From Oceanispirochaeta sp. (GTDB lineage Bacteria; Spirochaetota; Spirochaetia; DSM-2461): DNA of 64,000 bases. This document shows, one piece after another, positions 46,198 to 55,162 of this stretch. Within the stretch, counting starts at the first letter, position 1. The number at the start of each line of letters is the position of its first letter. Made by a program: the position numbers and the translations under genes. The notes below the pieces were generated by a model. The model had not been told where the DNA came from, ran no database searches, and saw nothing but the letters and a program-made list of their open reading frames with translations. The stretch covers positions 608,001 to 672,000 of the forward strand of contig CAXXXD010000004.1 of NCBI GenBank assembly GCA_963663385.2. Reading direction: 5' to 3'.

Positions 46198-48321
46198 TTA
46201 AAGATTAAACAGCATGTCCTCATAGGAGGGAAAAGGCCATCTGTCCTTGTCCGTAATCTTTTCCAGCGCATCGGCAAAGCCCCGCAGAGCATCCATGGCG
46301 GGAATGACTTTTTCTCTGTAAGCTTTGGCCTGAGCCATCAGATCCTCTTCCTGCTCAAGGGCTGCATCGATCTCTTTCTTCAGTACCGTATTGGCTTTCA
46401 GCATGCCTTCCATATTGCTGTTCAGTTCTGCCAGAACGGCTTCCTGAGCGGATGTATCGGCTGAAGAAAGGACTGATTTGATGGATGTGATCCCTTCGGC
46501 AACCGAAGCGGCAAATTCACTGACAGCGGGGAAGATCATTCTTCCGGCCATTTCGTAGGAAACACCGGCTTCTATATTAATCTGTTTGCTGTAGTTCTCC
46601 AGGTAGATGTCTACACGGGATTTGAGTTCCTCTTTGCTCAATACTTTGTATTTTTCAAAAAGGGCAATCGATTCGGGGCTGCCCATAACAGGAACCGCCT
46701 CTACTGTAGACTTCAGGTTGGGAAGCCCCCGTTTTTCCGCTTCTGCCAGCCATTCATCGGAGTAACCGTTTCCGTTGAAAACAATTCTGCTGTGGGCTTT
46801 ATACGTATCTTTTACAATTTTCTGAATCTCGGCATTTACGTCGGATGCTTTTTCCAGCTGTGAGGCAAACTCATCAAGAACTTCTGCCACTGCTGTGTTA
46901 AGAACAACATTGGGTCCCGCAACAGACTGGGTGGAACCGACCATTCTGAATTCAAACTTGTTCCCTGTAAAGGCAAAAGGCGATGTTCTGTTACGGTCGG
47001 TCATATCCATGGGAAGAGTGGGGAGCGTGGTTGCTCCGATTTCCATTTTTCTTCCGCCTTCGACTGTTACAGTTTCTCCGGCAGCCAGTTTTTCCAGAAT
47101 GTCGGAAAGCTGGTCTCCCATAAAAATGGAAATTACTGCGGGGGGCGCTTCATTGGCTCCCAGTCTATGATCGTTTCCGGAGCTGGCTGCTGAAGATCTG
47201 AGAAGAGCTGAATACTTGTCTACAGCTTTTATGGTAGCAACGCAGAACAGGAGAAACTGGGCATTGTCATGGGGAGTCGCGCCGGGGTTCAGCAGGTTGA
47301 TGCCGTCGTCTGTTGCGATAGACCAGTTGTTATGTTTACCCGAGCCGTTTACGCCGGCAAAGGGCTTCTCATGGAGCAGACAGGCCAGATCATGTTTGTC
47401 CGCAACCTTTTTCATCATCTCCATGGTGATCTGGTTCCAGTCTGTTGCCACATTGGCAGAGCAGTAGATGGGTGCCAGCTCGAACTGGTTGGGCGCTACT
47501 TCGTTATGCTGTGTTTTGGCTGAAATTCCCAGTTTCCAGAGTTCCGTGTTCAGATCTCTCATAAAATCGGCGACTCTGTCCTTGATGGCGCCAAAGTAGT
47601 GATCGTCCAGTTCCTGTCCTTTGGCGGACATGGTTCCGAATACTGTTCTTCCGGTCAGCTTGATATCGGGTCTCTGCAGAAAATACTCTTTATCAATCAG
47701 GAAGTATTCCTGTTCGGGACCGACGGAAGTGACAACTCTTGCGGAAGTTGTGTTTCCCATCAGTTTCAGGATTCTCATGGCCTGTTTGTTAATTGCGTCC
47801 ATGGAACGGAGCAGCGGGGTTTTCTTGTCCAGAGCTTCGCTTGTGTAGGAGACGAATGCTGTGGGAATAGTCAGTGTCAGACCAGTATTGTCCTGCTTCA
47901 GAAACGCGGGCGATCCCGTATCCCAGGCTGTATAACCACGGGCTTCAAAAGTCTCTCTCAGTCCGCCGTTAGGGAAAGAGGAGGCATCCGGTTCACCCTG
48001 GATGAGCTCCTTGCCGGAGAACTCCATCATGACAGTCCCGTCACCCACAGGATCGATAAAGGCATCGTGTTTTTCTGCGGTAAGACCGGTCAGGGGCTGG
48101 AACCAGTGGGTAAAGTGGGTGGCGCCTTTCTCTATGGCCCAGTCTTTCATGGCTGCTGCGATGACTTCCGCTACTGCCAGAGAAAGCTTGATTTCTCCGG
48201 TCTGTACTTTCTTGAACTCTTTAAAAACTGATTTGGGCAGTCTTTCCTTCATAGCTGCTTCTGAAAAACAGTATTCTCCGTAAATGGATTGCAGTGATGT
48301 TTCTGAATAATTAACGCTCAA
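46198..48321 (-). CDS. glnA: Glutamine synthetase type III
   Basis: [65 protein letters not shown]; 707 aa. Confidence 0.95.
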   Translation of the reverse strand: MSVNYSETSLQSIYGEYCFSEAAMKERLPKSVFKEFKKVQTGEIKLSLAVAEVIAAAMKDWAIEKGATHFTHWFQPLTGLTAEKHDAFIDPVGDGTVMMEFSGKELIQGEPDASSFPNGGLRETFEARGYTAWDTGSPAFLKQDNTGLTLTIPTAFVSYTSEALDKKTPLLRSMDAINKQAMRILKLMGNTTSARVVTSVGPEQEYFLIDKEYFLQRPDIKLTGRTVFGTMSAKGQELDDHYFGAIKDRVADFMRDLNTELWKLGISAKTQHNEVAPNQFELAPIYCSANVATDWNQITMEMMKKVADKHDLACLLHEKPFAGVNGSGKHNNWSIATDDGINLLNPGATPHDNAQFLLFCVATIKAVDKYSALLRSSAASSGNDHRLGANEAPPAVISIFMGDQLSDILEKLAAGETVTVEGGRKMEIGATTLPTLPMDMTDRNRTSPFAFTGNKFEFRMVGSTQSVAGPNVVLNTAVAEVLDEFASQLEKASDVNAEIQKIVKDTYKAHSRIVFNGNGYSDEWLAEAEKRGLPNLKSTVEAVPVMGSPESIALFEKYKVLSKEELKSRVDIYLENYSKQINIEAGVSYEMAGRMIFPAVSEFAASVAEGITSIKSVLSSADTSAQEAVLAELNSNMEGMLKANTVLKKEIDAALEQEEDLMAQAKAYREKVIPAMDALRGFADALEKITDKDRWPFPSYEDMLFNL

Positions 48322-48367
48322 GTCTTTCTCCTTGATTAAATATCTTTAATTGTAATGGCAAATAATA

Positions 48368-48383
48368 TGCAGGTTTCATGCCA
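48368..48383 (-). promoter_or_regulatory. Sigma54 -24/-12 promoter of glnA
   Basis: TGGCATGAAACCTGCA on the minus strand. Confidence 0.8.
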
Positions 48384-48492
48384 TTTTTCTGATTGGCTGA
48401 TTGATGTTTGTGTAAGTGTATATGGGGAAAGCAATAAAAACATTTTGAATGCTTTGAATATTTATAATTTGTTAAATATCTGAATATAGTAT

Positions 48493-48536
48493 CTACAATT
48501 ATGTATTAAAATGGCATGAATACTACAAAAATGTAT
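48493..48536. promoter_or_regulatory. Paired enhancer-like sites cTACA-N4-TGTA upstream of glnA
   Basis: ctacaattatgtat and ctacaaaaatgtat, 30 nt apart. Confidence 0.65.
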
Positions 48537-48688
48537 CGATAGGACAGGCCTTGTGAAAACATGTTCCTGATCGGCTGACAAGGTCATTCATTTTCGCGGG
48601 TGTAAGAAAAACCGGCGGGTTTTGCATAAAAAAAGGCTGTTCTCCTACTTATGCATCAGGAAAACAGCCCTTTTGATTTTGCCGGAGA

Positions 48689-49030
48689 TCAGCCGATGGC
48701 CGTCTCTCCTCTCTCTCCGCTTCTGATTCTTATGGAGTCTTCAATAGGCAGGATAAATATCTTGCCGTCACCGATTTCTCCGGAACGGGCGCCGCGGATA
48801 ATGGCATCGATCGTGGGTTGTACAAACCTGGCTGTTACAGCTATTTCAATCCGAACCTTTTTCAGCAGGTTCACCTCCACGTCAACACCGCGGTAGGTTT
48901 CGGTATAACCCATCTGCTGTCCGCATCCCATGGCATTGGTAACGGAAATCTTATGTATTTCATCTTTGAACAGTTCCTGCTTAACCGCATTCAGTTTATC
49001 AGGCTGTATATACGCAACAATCAGTTTCAT
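48689..49030 (-). CDS. glnK: PII nitrogen regulatory protein (GlnK-type, downstream of amtB)
   Basis: GCGQQ.G..E.YRG, GEIGDGKIF, IRIRSGERG. Confidence 0.88.
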   Translation of the reverse strand: MKLIVAYIQPDKLNAVKQELFKDEIHKISVTNAMGCGQQMGYTETYRGVDVEVNLLKKVRIEIAVTARFVQPTIDAIIRGARSGEIGDGKIFILPIEDSIRIRSGERGETAIG

Positions 49031-49057
49031 TAATGCTTCTCCTTCTACCTGGTCTTG

Positions 49058-50368
49058 TTATATGTTCTGGAAAATCTGGAATCCTGCATAGGATTCCGTT
49101 CCATGTTCTTCAATATCCAAACCTCTCAGTTCTTCATCTGCAGAAACTCTCAGACCGACAGTCTTGCTGATAATGAAGAACAGCAGACCGGCTGTTACGG
49201 TAACCCATATGAATACGGATGCCGCACCTAGCGCCTGAACGCCAATCTGTCCGGCTCTGGTCAGACCGGAACCGATCATCTCGATATCACCGAAGATACC
49301 AACCGCAAGGGTTCCCCATACACCGCATACGCCATGTACGGAAATGGCACCGACAGGATCGTCAATATGCAGAACCTTATCGATAAACTCTACGGATGCG
49401 ACAACCAGGATACCGGCTGCCAGACCGATAATTATGGATGCACCGGGGCTGACTACCCAACAGGGTGCTGTAATACCAACCAGTCCGGCCAGAGCTCCAT
49501 TCAGGGACATGGAAACATCGGGTTTTCCAAAAGCTATCCAGGTGGTAAACATGGCGGCAATTGAACCGGCCGCAGCTGCAAGGGTTGTCGTAACCGCTAC
49601 GGCTGTCATGCTGACATCGGTACCGGAAAGGGTTGAGCCCGCATTGAATCCATACCAGCCGAACCAGAGGATAAATACACCAAGGGCCGCCAGAGGCATG
49701 TTGTGTCCCATTATGGCTTTTACACTGGTTTTTCCATTAACCTTTACATATTTTCCCATACGGGGACCGATAATAATGGCGCCCATCAGAGCCGCCCAGG
49801 CGCCTACGGAGTGGACTACGGTAGAACCGGCAAAGTCATGGAATCCCATGGCGCTTAACCACCCGCCGTTCCAGATCCAGTGACCGGAAATGGGGTAGAT
49901 AATACCTGAAATAACAACACTGTAGATCAGGTAGGAAGAAAACTTTGTTCTTTCCGCCATGGCGCCGGATACAATAGTCGCTGCGGTTGCTGCAAATACG
50001 ACCTGGAAGAACCAGTTCATTGTGTCGCCGCTGGCCAGAAAGAAATCGCTGGTTCCGATAATACCGCCTGCTGATTTCCCGTACATCAGACCCCAGCCGA
50101 TAGCCCAGTACAGGATGGCTCCGGCAGAAAAGTCCATCAGGTTCTTCATGATAATGTTACCGGCATTTTTTGCCCGGGTCAGACCTGTTTCAACCATGGC
50201 GAATCCGGCCTGCATGAAGAATACAAGCCCTCCGCAGAGGAGCAGCCAGATGGCATCAAACGCTGCTGAATAAAGTTCCAGTGTGTCTGTGATTTCGTCA
50301 GCATGGACGCTGACGCTCAATAATAAAGCCAGTATTGTGAAGATTAGCATCTTCCTGCTTTTTTTCAT
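49058..50368 (-). CDS. amtB: Ammonium transporter
   Basis: FMQAGFAMVETG, IVSGAMAER, DFAGSTVVH, GWYGFN, IDDPVGAISVHG. Confidence 0.95.
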   Translation of the reverse strand: MKKSRKMLIFTILALLLSVSVHADEITDTLELYSAAFDAIWLLLCGGLVFFMQAGFAMVETGLTRAKNAGNIIMKNLMDFSAGAILYWAIGWGLMYGKSAGGIIGTSDFFLASGDTMNWFFQVVFAATAATIVSGAMAERTKFSSYLIYSVVISGIIYPISGHWIWNGGWLSAMGFHDFAGSTVVHSVGAWAALMGAIIIGPRMGKYVKVNGKTSVKAIMGHNMPLAALGVFILWFGWYGFNAGSTLSGTDVSMTAVAVTTTLAAAAGSIAAMFTTWIAFGKPDVSMSLNGALAGLVGITAPCWVVSPGASIIIGLAAGILVVASVEFIDKVLHIDDPVGAISVHGVCGVWGTLAVGIFGDIEMIGSGLTRAGQIGVQALGAASVFIWVTVTAGLLFFIISKTVGLRVSADEELRGLDIEEHGTESYAGFQIFQNI

Positions 50369-50409
50369 TTTAGGATACCTCTCCTGTTTTGTGTTCTGAT
50401 CACTTATAT

Positions 50410-50426
50410 TGCAGGAGCTGTGCCAA
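50410..50426 (-). promoter_or_regulatory. Sigma54 -24/-12 promoter of amtB-glnK
   Basis: TTGGCACAGCTCCTGCA on the minus strand. Confidence 0.85.
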
Positions 50427-50454
50427 AAAAAGTTTCCTTTTATGGCATTAAATT

Positions 50455-52143
50455 CTAAATCGTTATTTTATAGGAAAATACAGTGTGATAAAAAAAATGG
50501 GGTCCCGGGGGACCCCATTTCCGGGACGAATCCAGAAAATGAAACAAACTACCATTATGTAGGTGTTTTGAAGTATTCCTACATAATGGTCCTGTAGTTT
50601 TTGTAGTTGATATTATATTTTTTAACCCGCAAGCCATAATCCTCTCGGTAATACCGAGCTTTCGGGCCGCTCTGGCCATATTGCCCCTGTTGGATTTGAG
50701 GGCTTCGCTGATTAATTCCTTCTCCAGGTTCTCAACAGCTTCCTGAAGAGTCGAGTGAATACCCGTATTGGATGACTCGGCTGACTGAAGGCTGGGGGGG
50801 AGGTGGTAGGCATGAATTACCTGATCCGTACTGAGCAGAACAGCTCTCTCGATACAGTTTTCAAGCTCACGGACATTTCCGGGCCAGTGATAACTCATAA
50901 TAAGGTCTATGGCCGAGCTGGAAATCCTCTTGATATGCTTCCGGTTTCTTTTACTGTACTTTTCGGTAAAAAAATCTGCCAGCAGCATCAGGTCCGTTTT
51001 TCTCTCCCGCATGGGAGGGATATGAATGGGAAAAACATTAAGCCTGTAATACAGGTCTTCCCGGAATGTATTATTCTCGATCTCCTCTTCCAGGTTGCGG
51101 TTGGTTGCCGCCAGGATCCGGACATTTACCTTGATCGTCTCAGATCCTCCTACCCGTTCTATTTCGCGTTCCTGCAGAACCCGGAGCAGTTTTACCTGGG
51201 TCATGGGTGAGATCTCTCCAATCTCATCCAGGAAGATGGTTCCGCCGTCGGCCATTTCAAACCTCCCTTTACGGGTGTTCATGGCGCCTGTAAAAGCGCC
51301 TTTTTCATGACCGAACAGCTCACTTTCTATTACGCTTTCGGGAAGAGCGGCGCAGTTTATTTTAATAAACGGCTTATCCGCTCTTAAACTGTTGTAATGT
51401 ATGGCCTGGGCTACAAGTTCCTTTCCGGTACCGCTTTCTCCGCGGATCAAAACCGTTGCGTCGCTGCCGGAAACCTGAGACATCAGATCGAAGACTTCCT
51501 GCATGGCCTGGGAGTTTCCTACCATATTGTCGGGCTGAAATTTCGCTTTCAACTCTTTCTGCAGACGGGTATTTTCTTCCAGAAGACGTTGTTTCTCTTC
51601 TTCCGAGCGCTGTCTCAGCTGTACCGCACGGGCTATCATACTGGAAACGATGGAAAGGAGCCGGACATCATCATCCAGGTCCATCTCCCCCTCCTGATTG
51701 AGGCGATCGATACTGAAGGTTCCAATTACTTCATTCCCGCTTTTGATGGGAACACAGATAAAAGATGTCTGTTTATTCTGCCAGCTTTTCCTGGCGCCTG
51801 TTTTATCCAGGAAGGAGGGTTCATCTTCGATGTTGGGAATAATCATAGGCTGCCCCGTTTCGACAACCTTACCTGTTATGCCTTCTCCGACTTTATATCG
51901 CCCTTTCATTTTTTCCTGAGAGGAGAGGCCGTAGGCCGCTTCGATGGACAGTTCTCCTGTTTTTCTGTTAAGCAGGGTTATGGTTGCTCTCTGCATTCCG
52001 ATATTTTCAGCCATGGATTCCAGAAGCGGGTGGATAACTTCTTTAAGGTCCATATCTTCATCCAGGATCCGGCTTATTTCGAACAAAAGGGTCAGCTCTT
52101 TAATTTTTCTTCTGTAGTGTTTTGTATTTAATGCTTCAGACAT
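50455..52143 (-). CDS. NifA-like sigma54-dependent activator (GAF-AAA+-HTH) with an apparent 1-nt frameshift at ~50634; restored stop at 50579
   Basis: GAF region [56 protein letters not shown] followed by a frame break. Confidence 0.88.
   Translation of the reverse strand: MSEALNTKHYRRKIKELTLLFEISRILDEDMDLKEVIHPLLESMAENIGMQRATITLLNRKTGELSIEAAYGLSSQEKMKGRYKVGEGITGKVVETGQPMIIPNIEDEPSFLDKTGARKSWQNKQTSFICVPIKSGNEVIGTFSIDRLNQEGEMDLDDDVRLLSIVSSMIARAVQLRQRSEEEKQRLLEENTRLQKELKAKFQPDNMVGNSQAMQEVFDLMSQVSGSDATVLIRGESGTGKELVAQAIHYNSLRADKPFIKINCAALPESVIESELFGHEKGAFTGAMNTRKGRFEMADGGTIFLDEIGEISPMTQVKLLRVLQEREIERVGGSETIKVNVRILAATNRNLEEEIENNTFREDLYYRLNVFPIHIPPMRERKTDLMLLADFFTEKYSKRNRKHIKRISSSAIDLIMSYHWPGNVRELENCIERAVLLSTDQVIHAYHLPPSLQSAESSNTGIHSTLQEAVENLEKELISEALKSNRGNMARAARKLGITERIMACGLKNIISTTKTTGPLCRNTSKHLHNGSLFHFLDSSRKWGPPGPHFFYHTVFSYKITI
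50490..50520 (-). terminator. Intrinsic terminator of the sigma54-activator gene
   Basis: aaatggggtcc-cggg-gggaccccattt-type hairpin with an A8 run on +. Confidence 0.7.
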
Positions 52144-52200
52144 GGAGCTATCATACGTATATGTAGGAAATAAAGCAAGAGGAAAATTACATTTATGTCG

Positions 52201-52962
52201 TTAATAGACTCTGAAAAATGAGTAATGTTCTCCTGAAGAGGAATATATGCTTTCAGTGATCAGTATGGTACTGATCAGGAATATATACAGCAGGACTGCC
52301 GCAATCCAGCTTCTTCCGGCGTTGTATTCCGGTGCCGTCGCATCTTCGGTAAATAGACGGGATTCCATGGCATCAGACAGGCTCTCGGCTTTATTCAGGA
52401 TGCCCTCCATCAGCGGGAACCCCAGCCGGATCATATTTCTGACCGGTTGAATACGGTTTAAAGCCCCCCGGGACCACATGGCTTCACGAATTTCCCGTAT
52501 CTGATCAAGGATCAGGGGGAGCATGGTCAGGCTGAGTCCCAGGGTAGTACTGATCTGTCTGGCCGGGAGGAGCGGAATCGGCTTCAGGAGGCGGTAGATG
52601 CCGGAACCCACGGACAGGGGATCTGTTGTATAGGTAAAAATAAGAGCTGCCCACAATATAAAAAAGAAGCGAAGGGTTTTCAGAATCCCGTTTATCAGGA
52701 TGCCGCTGCTTAAAAAGTTGGAAAGGAAAATAATCACCCCCATAATCAGAAAGAAAAGGCCCTCCTTCAGAAAGGAGTTAAATTTTATCCGGGAACTTTT
52801 ATGAGCCAGAAGAAGGCAGGGCAACAGGGCTGTCAGTCTAAAGGCGCTCACCGGCAGAAGAAGAAGGCTGAAACAGAACAGGCCAGCCAGTTTTACAGGA
52901 ACATCCATCCTGTGGAGCGGGCTGTTACCCTTCTGGTAGTGGAATATCAGGATTTCAGCCAT
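52201..52962 (-). CDS. ECF transporter T component (BioN-like)
   Basis: SPLHRMD..VKL, AMWSRG, AMESR motifs. Confidence 0.85.
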   Translation of the reverse strand: MAEILIFHYQKGNSPLHRMDVPVKLAGLFCFSLLLLPVSAFRLTALLPCLLLAHKSSRIKFNSFLKEGLFFLIMGVIIFLSNFLSSGILINGILKTLRFFFILWAALIFTYTTDPLSVGSGIYRLLKPIPLLPARQISTTLGLSLTMLPLILDQIREIREAMWSRGALNRIQPVRNMIRLGFPLMEGILNKAESLSDAMESRLFTEDATAPEYNAGRSWIAAVLLYIFLISTILITESIYSSSGEHYSFFRVY

Positions 52963-53693
52963 GTCATGCTTTCCAGAGTTCGGTTTATTCCCCAGGGACG
53001 ACGGATGCCGTACTGTTCCAGTTCGGAAAGCAGTTTGGCCGGAGGACCCGCTTTTCGGATTTCGCCCCGGCTCATCAGCACCAGTTGAGTGGCATGGGCC
53101 AGGACTTTTTCCAGATCGTGTGATATGAGAATGATGGTTCTGCCGTTTTTGTGGAGATTCACCATATCCTGGAGTATTTCCTGTACCCCTTCATAATCCA
53201 GACCGGTAAAAGGCTCATCCAGAATGATAACCTTCGGGTCCATCACAAGAACCGCAGCCAGGGCGGCTCTTCGTTTTTCCCCTCCCGAGAGGGTGTGGGG
53301 TCTGCGGTCGGCCAGAGCTTCCAGCCCGAGTTCTCCGAGAACCCTATCGGTTTCCCTGTTGATTCTCTCCCGGGGCCATTTCAGGTTTTCCGGGCCAAAA
53401 GCAATATCAGAGCGGACGGTTTGTCCGACGATCTGGGAGTCGGCATTCTGAAAAACCACACCGATACTCTTGCGTGCCCCATTAAGATTCTTATGAATGG
53501 AAACTCCCTTTAAAAGAACATCGCCCTCCTGAGGTTTCAGCAGTCCGTTGAGATGGCGCATCAACTGGGTTTTGCCCGATCCGTTAGGACCGGCGATAAC
53601 CGTAAAAGAACCTTCCGGGAATACGAGATTAATATTATTCAGAACTTTATTGCTGTCCCGGTATGACCGGCTCAGTCCTTTTACTTCCAGCAC
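52947..53693 (-). CDS. ECF transporter ATPase (BioM-like)
   Basis: GPNGSGKT, FQNADSQIVGQTV..DIAFGPEN, LSGGEKRR, LDEP. Confidence 0.9.
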   Translation of the reverse strand: MLEVKGLSRSYRDSNKVLNNINLVFPEGSFTVIAGPNGSGKTQLMRHLNGLLKPQEGDVLLKGVSIHKNLNGARKSIGVVFQNADSQIVGQTVRSDIAFGPENLKWPRERINRETDRVLGELGLEALADRRPHTLSGGEKRRAALAAVLVMDPKVIILDEPFTGLDYEGVQEILQDMVNLHKNGRTIILISHDLEKVLAHATQLVLMSRGEIRKAGPPAKLLSELEQYGIRRPWGINRTLESMTWLKS

Positions 53694-53697
53694 GGGA

Positions 53698-54255
53698 TTA
53701 CTCGGCGTTCAGAAAGTCGTTGAATCGTGTTATGAAAGCGGCAGCCAGAGCGGCTGCGGCAAAAATCTTTAATAGATCTCCCGGTATAAAGGGGATCATC
53801 CCGGCCTGAAGGGCTCTTCCCCATTCCATCCCCAGGGAAAACTTCAGCCAGGGCAGACCGGGAAGGTATATCATAACGCTTCCTGCCAGGGCGGCCAGAA
53901 GGGCTTGTACAGTACGTGTTTTAAGGCTGTCCTTTTCTGAGGGATGAAAAAGCAGTCCTGATATCGCCGCAGCCAGTACATACCCGATCAGGTATCCTCC
54001 GGTAGGGCCGGTCAGAACGGCAAATCCGGCAGCGCCGCCTGCAAAAACAGGAAGCCCCAGGATCCCCAGAAGAAGGTAGGCGGCTGTGCTGTAAAGGCCT
54101 ATCCGGAAGCCTCCCAGCAGTCCGCTGAGAATTACAAAGAGGCTGGTCATTACAATGGGAACCGGTCCGATGGGAACCGCCGCATAGGCTCCGGCGGCAA
54201 TCAGGGCTGTAAAAACAGCGGTCAATACGGTTCGTCTGATCTGTTGTCTATTCAT
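53698..54255 (-). CDS. bioY: Biotin transporter S component
   Basis: GPVPI, YLLLG.LGLPVFAGG, GPTGGYLIG, PFIPGDLLK. Confidence 0.93.
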   Translation of the reverse strand: MNRQQIRRTVLTAVFTALIAAGAYAAVPIGPVPIVMTSLFVILSGLLGGFRIGLYSTAAYLLLGILGLPVFAGGAAGFAVLTGPTGGYLIGYVLAAAISGLLFHPSEKDSLKTRTVQALLAALAGSVMIYLPGLPWLKFSLGMEWGRALQAGMIPFIPGDLLKIFAAAALAAAFITRFNDFLNAE

Positions 54256-54285
54256 TAAAGTGAATCTCCTGTTTATAAACTTGTT

Positions 54286-55080
54286 TTATCCGGTAATATT
54301 CCGGAAATATTCCAGTTCTTTCTTTATGCCGAAGGATTCCTGTTCAAGGTACCGCTTCCAGTTCTCTGTGAACCGGTATATAAACTCCTTCCGCAGCAGC
54401 TGAATCCCTGTCATCTCCTGAATGGATGCCAGTCCGGAAGTTTCTCTGTTTTTAAGAGTGTCATTAACATGGATCCCGATACCCAGGGCAAACCAGCAGA
54501 TCCTTCCCCCCCGCACATGGTACTCCTCCAGCAGGCCTCCTATTTTCCGGTCTTCTATCAGGATATCCCCCGGCAAACGGTATCCCGGTGAGGGAATGCC
54601 GCATTCAACCAGTGTTTTTAAAACCGTAAGGATTCCCTTCAGGGGAAGGACACCGGCTTCTTCAAGGGGGAGAGCGCGGTTGATCATGCAGGTCATATAA
54701 ATACCGCCGTCGGGGGAGTCCCAGGCTTTTTCACCCCGGGCGATTCCTCCGCTCTGATGTTCTGCCAGAACGATGAAATCTTCCTCTTCCAGAAGTGTCC
54801 TTCTTTTTCCCGCTTCCTTCATGGTGGACTCCAGATCCCGGAAAAAGAGGATCTCCCCGGATGAGGCAAAGTCCATGGAGGAGAGGTTGTCCGTCTCTCC
54901 GGTCAGTCTGTAACCCTTATGGCCCGCCTCTATCAGATAGCCCTCGTCCTGAAGGGCCTTGATATGTTTCCAGATAGCCACACGGCTGATACCGAACTTT
55001 CTGCTCAGATCTTCTCCCGATATCCAGGATGAGGCGGATTGGAATGTTTCCAGCAGAGACTGGCGTGTTTTGTTAACCAT
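54286..55080 (-). CDS. birA: BirA-like HTH/biotin-ligase protein with degenerate ligase motifs
   Basis: wHTH SGE.LS...GISRVAIWKHI..L...GY; AEHQ..G...W.SP.GG; KIGGLL. Confidence 0.8.
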   Translation of the reverse strand: MVNKTRQSLLETFQSASSWISGEDLSRKFGISRVAIWKHIKALQDEGYLIEAGHKGYRLTGETDNLSSMDFASSGEILFFRDLESTMKEAGKRRTLLEEEDFIVLAEHQSGGIARGEKAWDSPDGGIYMTCMINRALPLEEAGVLPLKGILTVLKTLVECGIPSPGYRLPGDILIEDRKIGGLLEEYHVRGGRICWFALGIGIHVNDTLKNRETSGLASIQEMTGIQLLRKEFIYRFTENWKRYLEQESFGIKKELEYFRNITG

Positions 55081-55101
55081 GCTATGTTGAACAGGTTAAC
55101 G
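55071..55101. promoter_or_regulatory. BirA-box-like operator TGTTAACC-N15-GGTTAACG overlapping the birA start codon
   Basis: Palindrome resembling the known BirA/bioO half-sites, at the head of the biotin uptake operon. Confidence 0.7.
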
Positions 55102-55110
55102 AAAGATGCA

Positions 55111-55144
55111 GAAAAAATCAAGCAGGTTCACTGCCTGATTTTTC
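55111..55144. terminator. Intrinsic terminator-like hairpin after the 55163 gene
   Basis: gaaaaaatcaagcag-gttca-ctgcctgatttttc. Confidence 0.6.
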
Positions 55145-55162
55145 ATTAATTGTTTTAGGGGG

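Noticed and set aside
50455..52143. Nitrogen fixation (nifA) call
   Set aside because: No nif genes in the window; the flanking targets are amtB, PII and glnA, so it is called only NifA-like.
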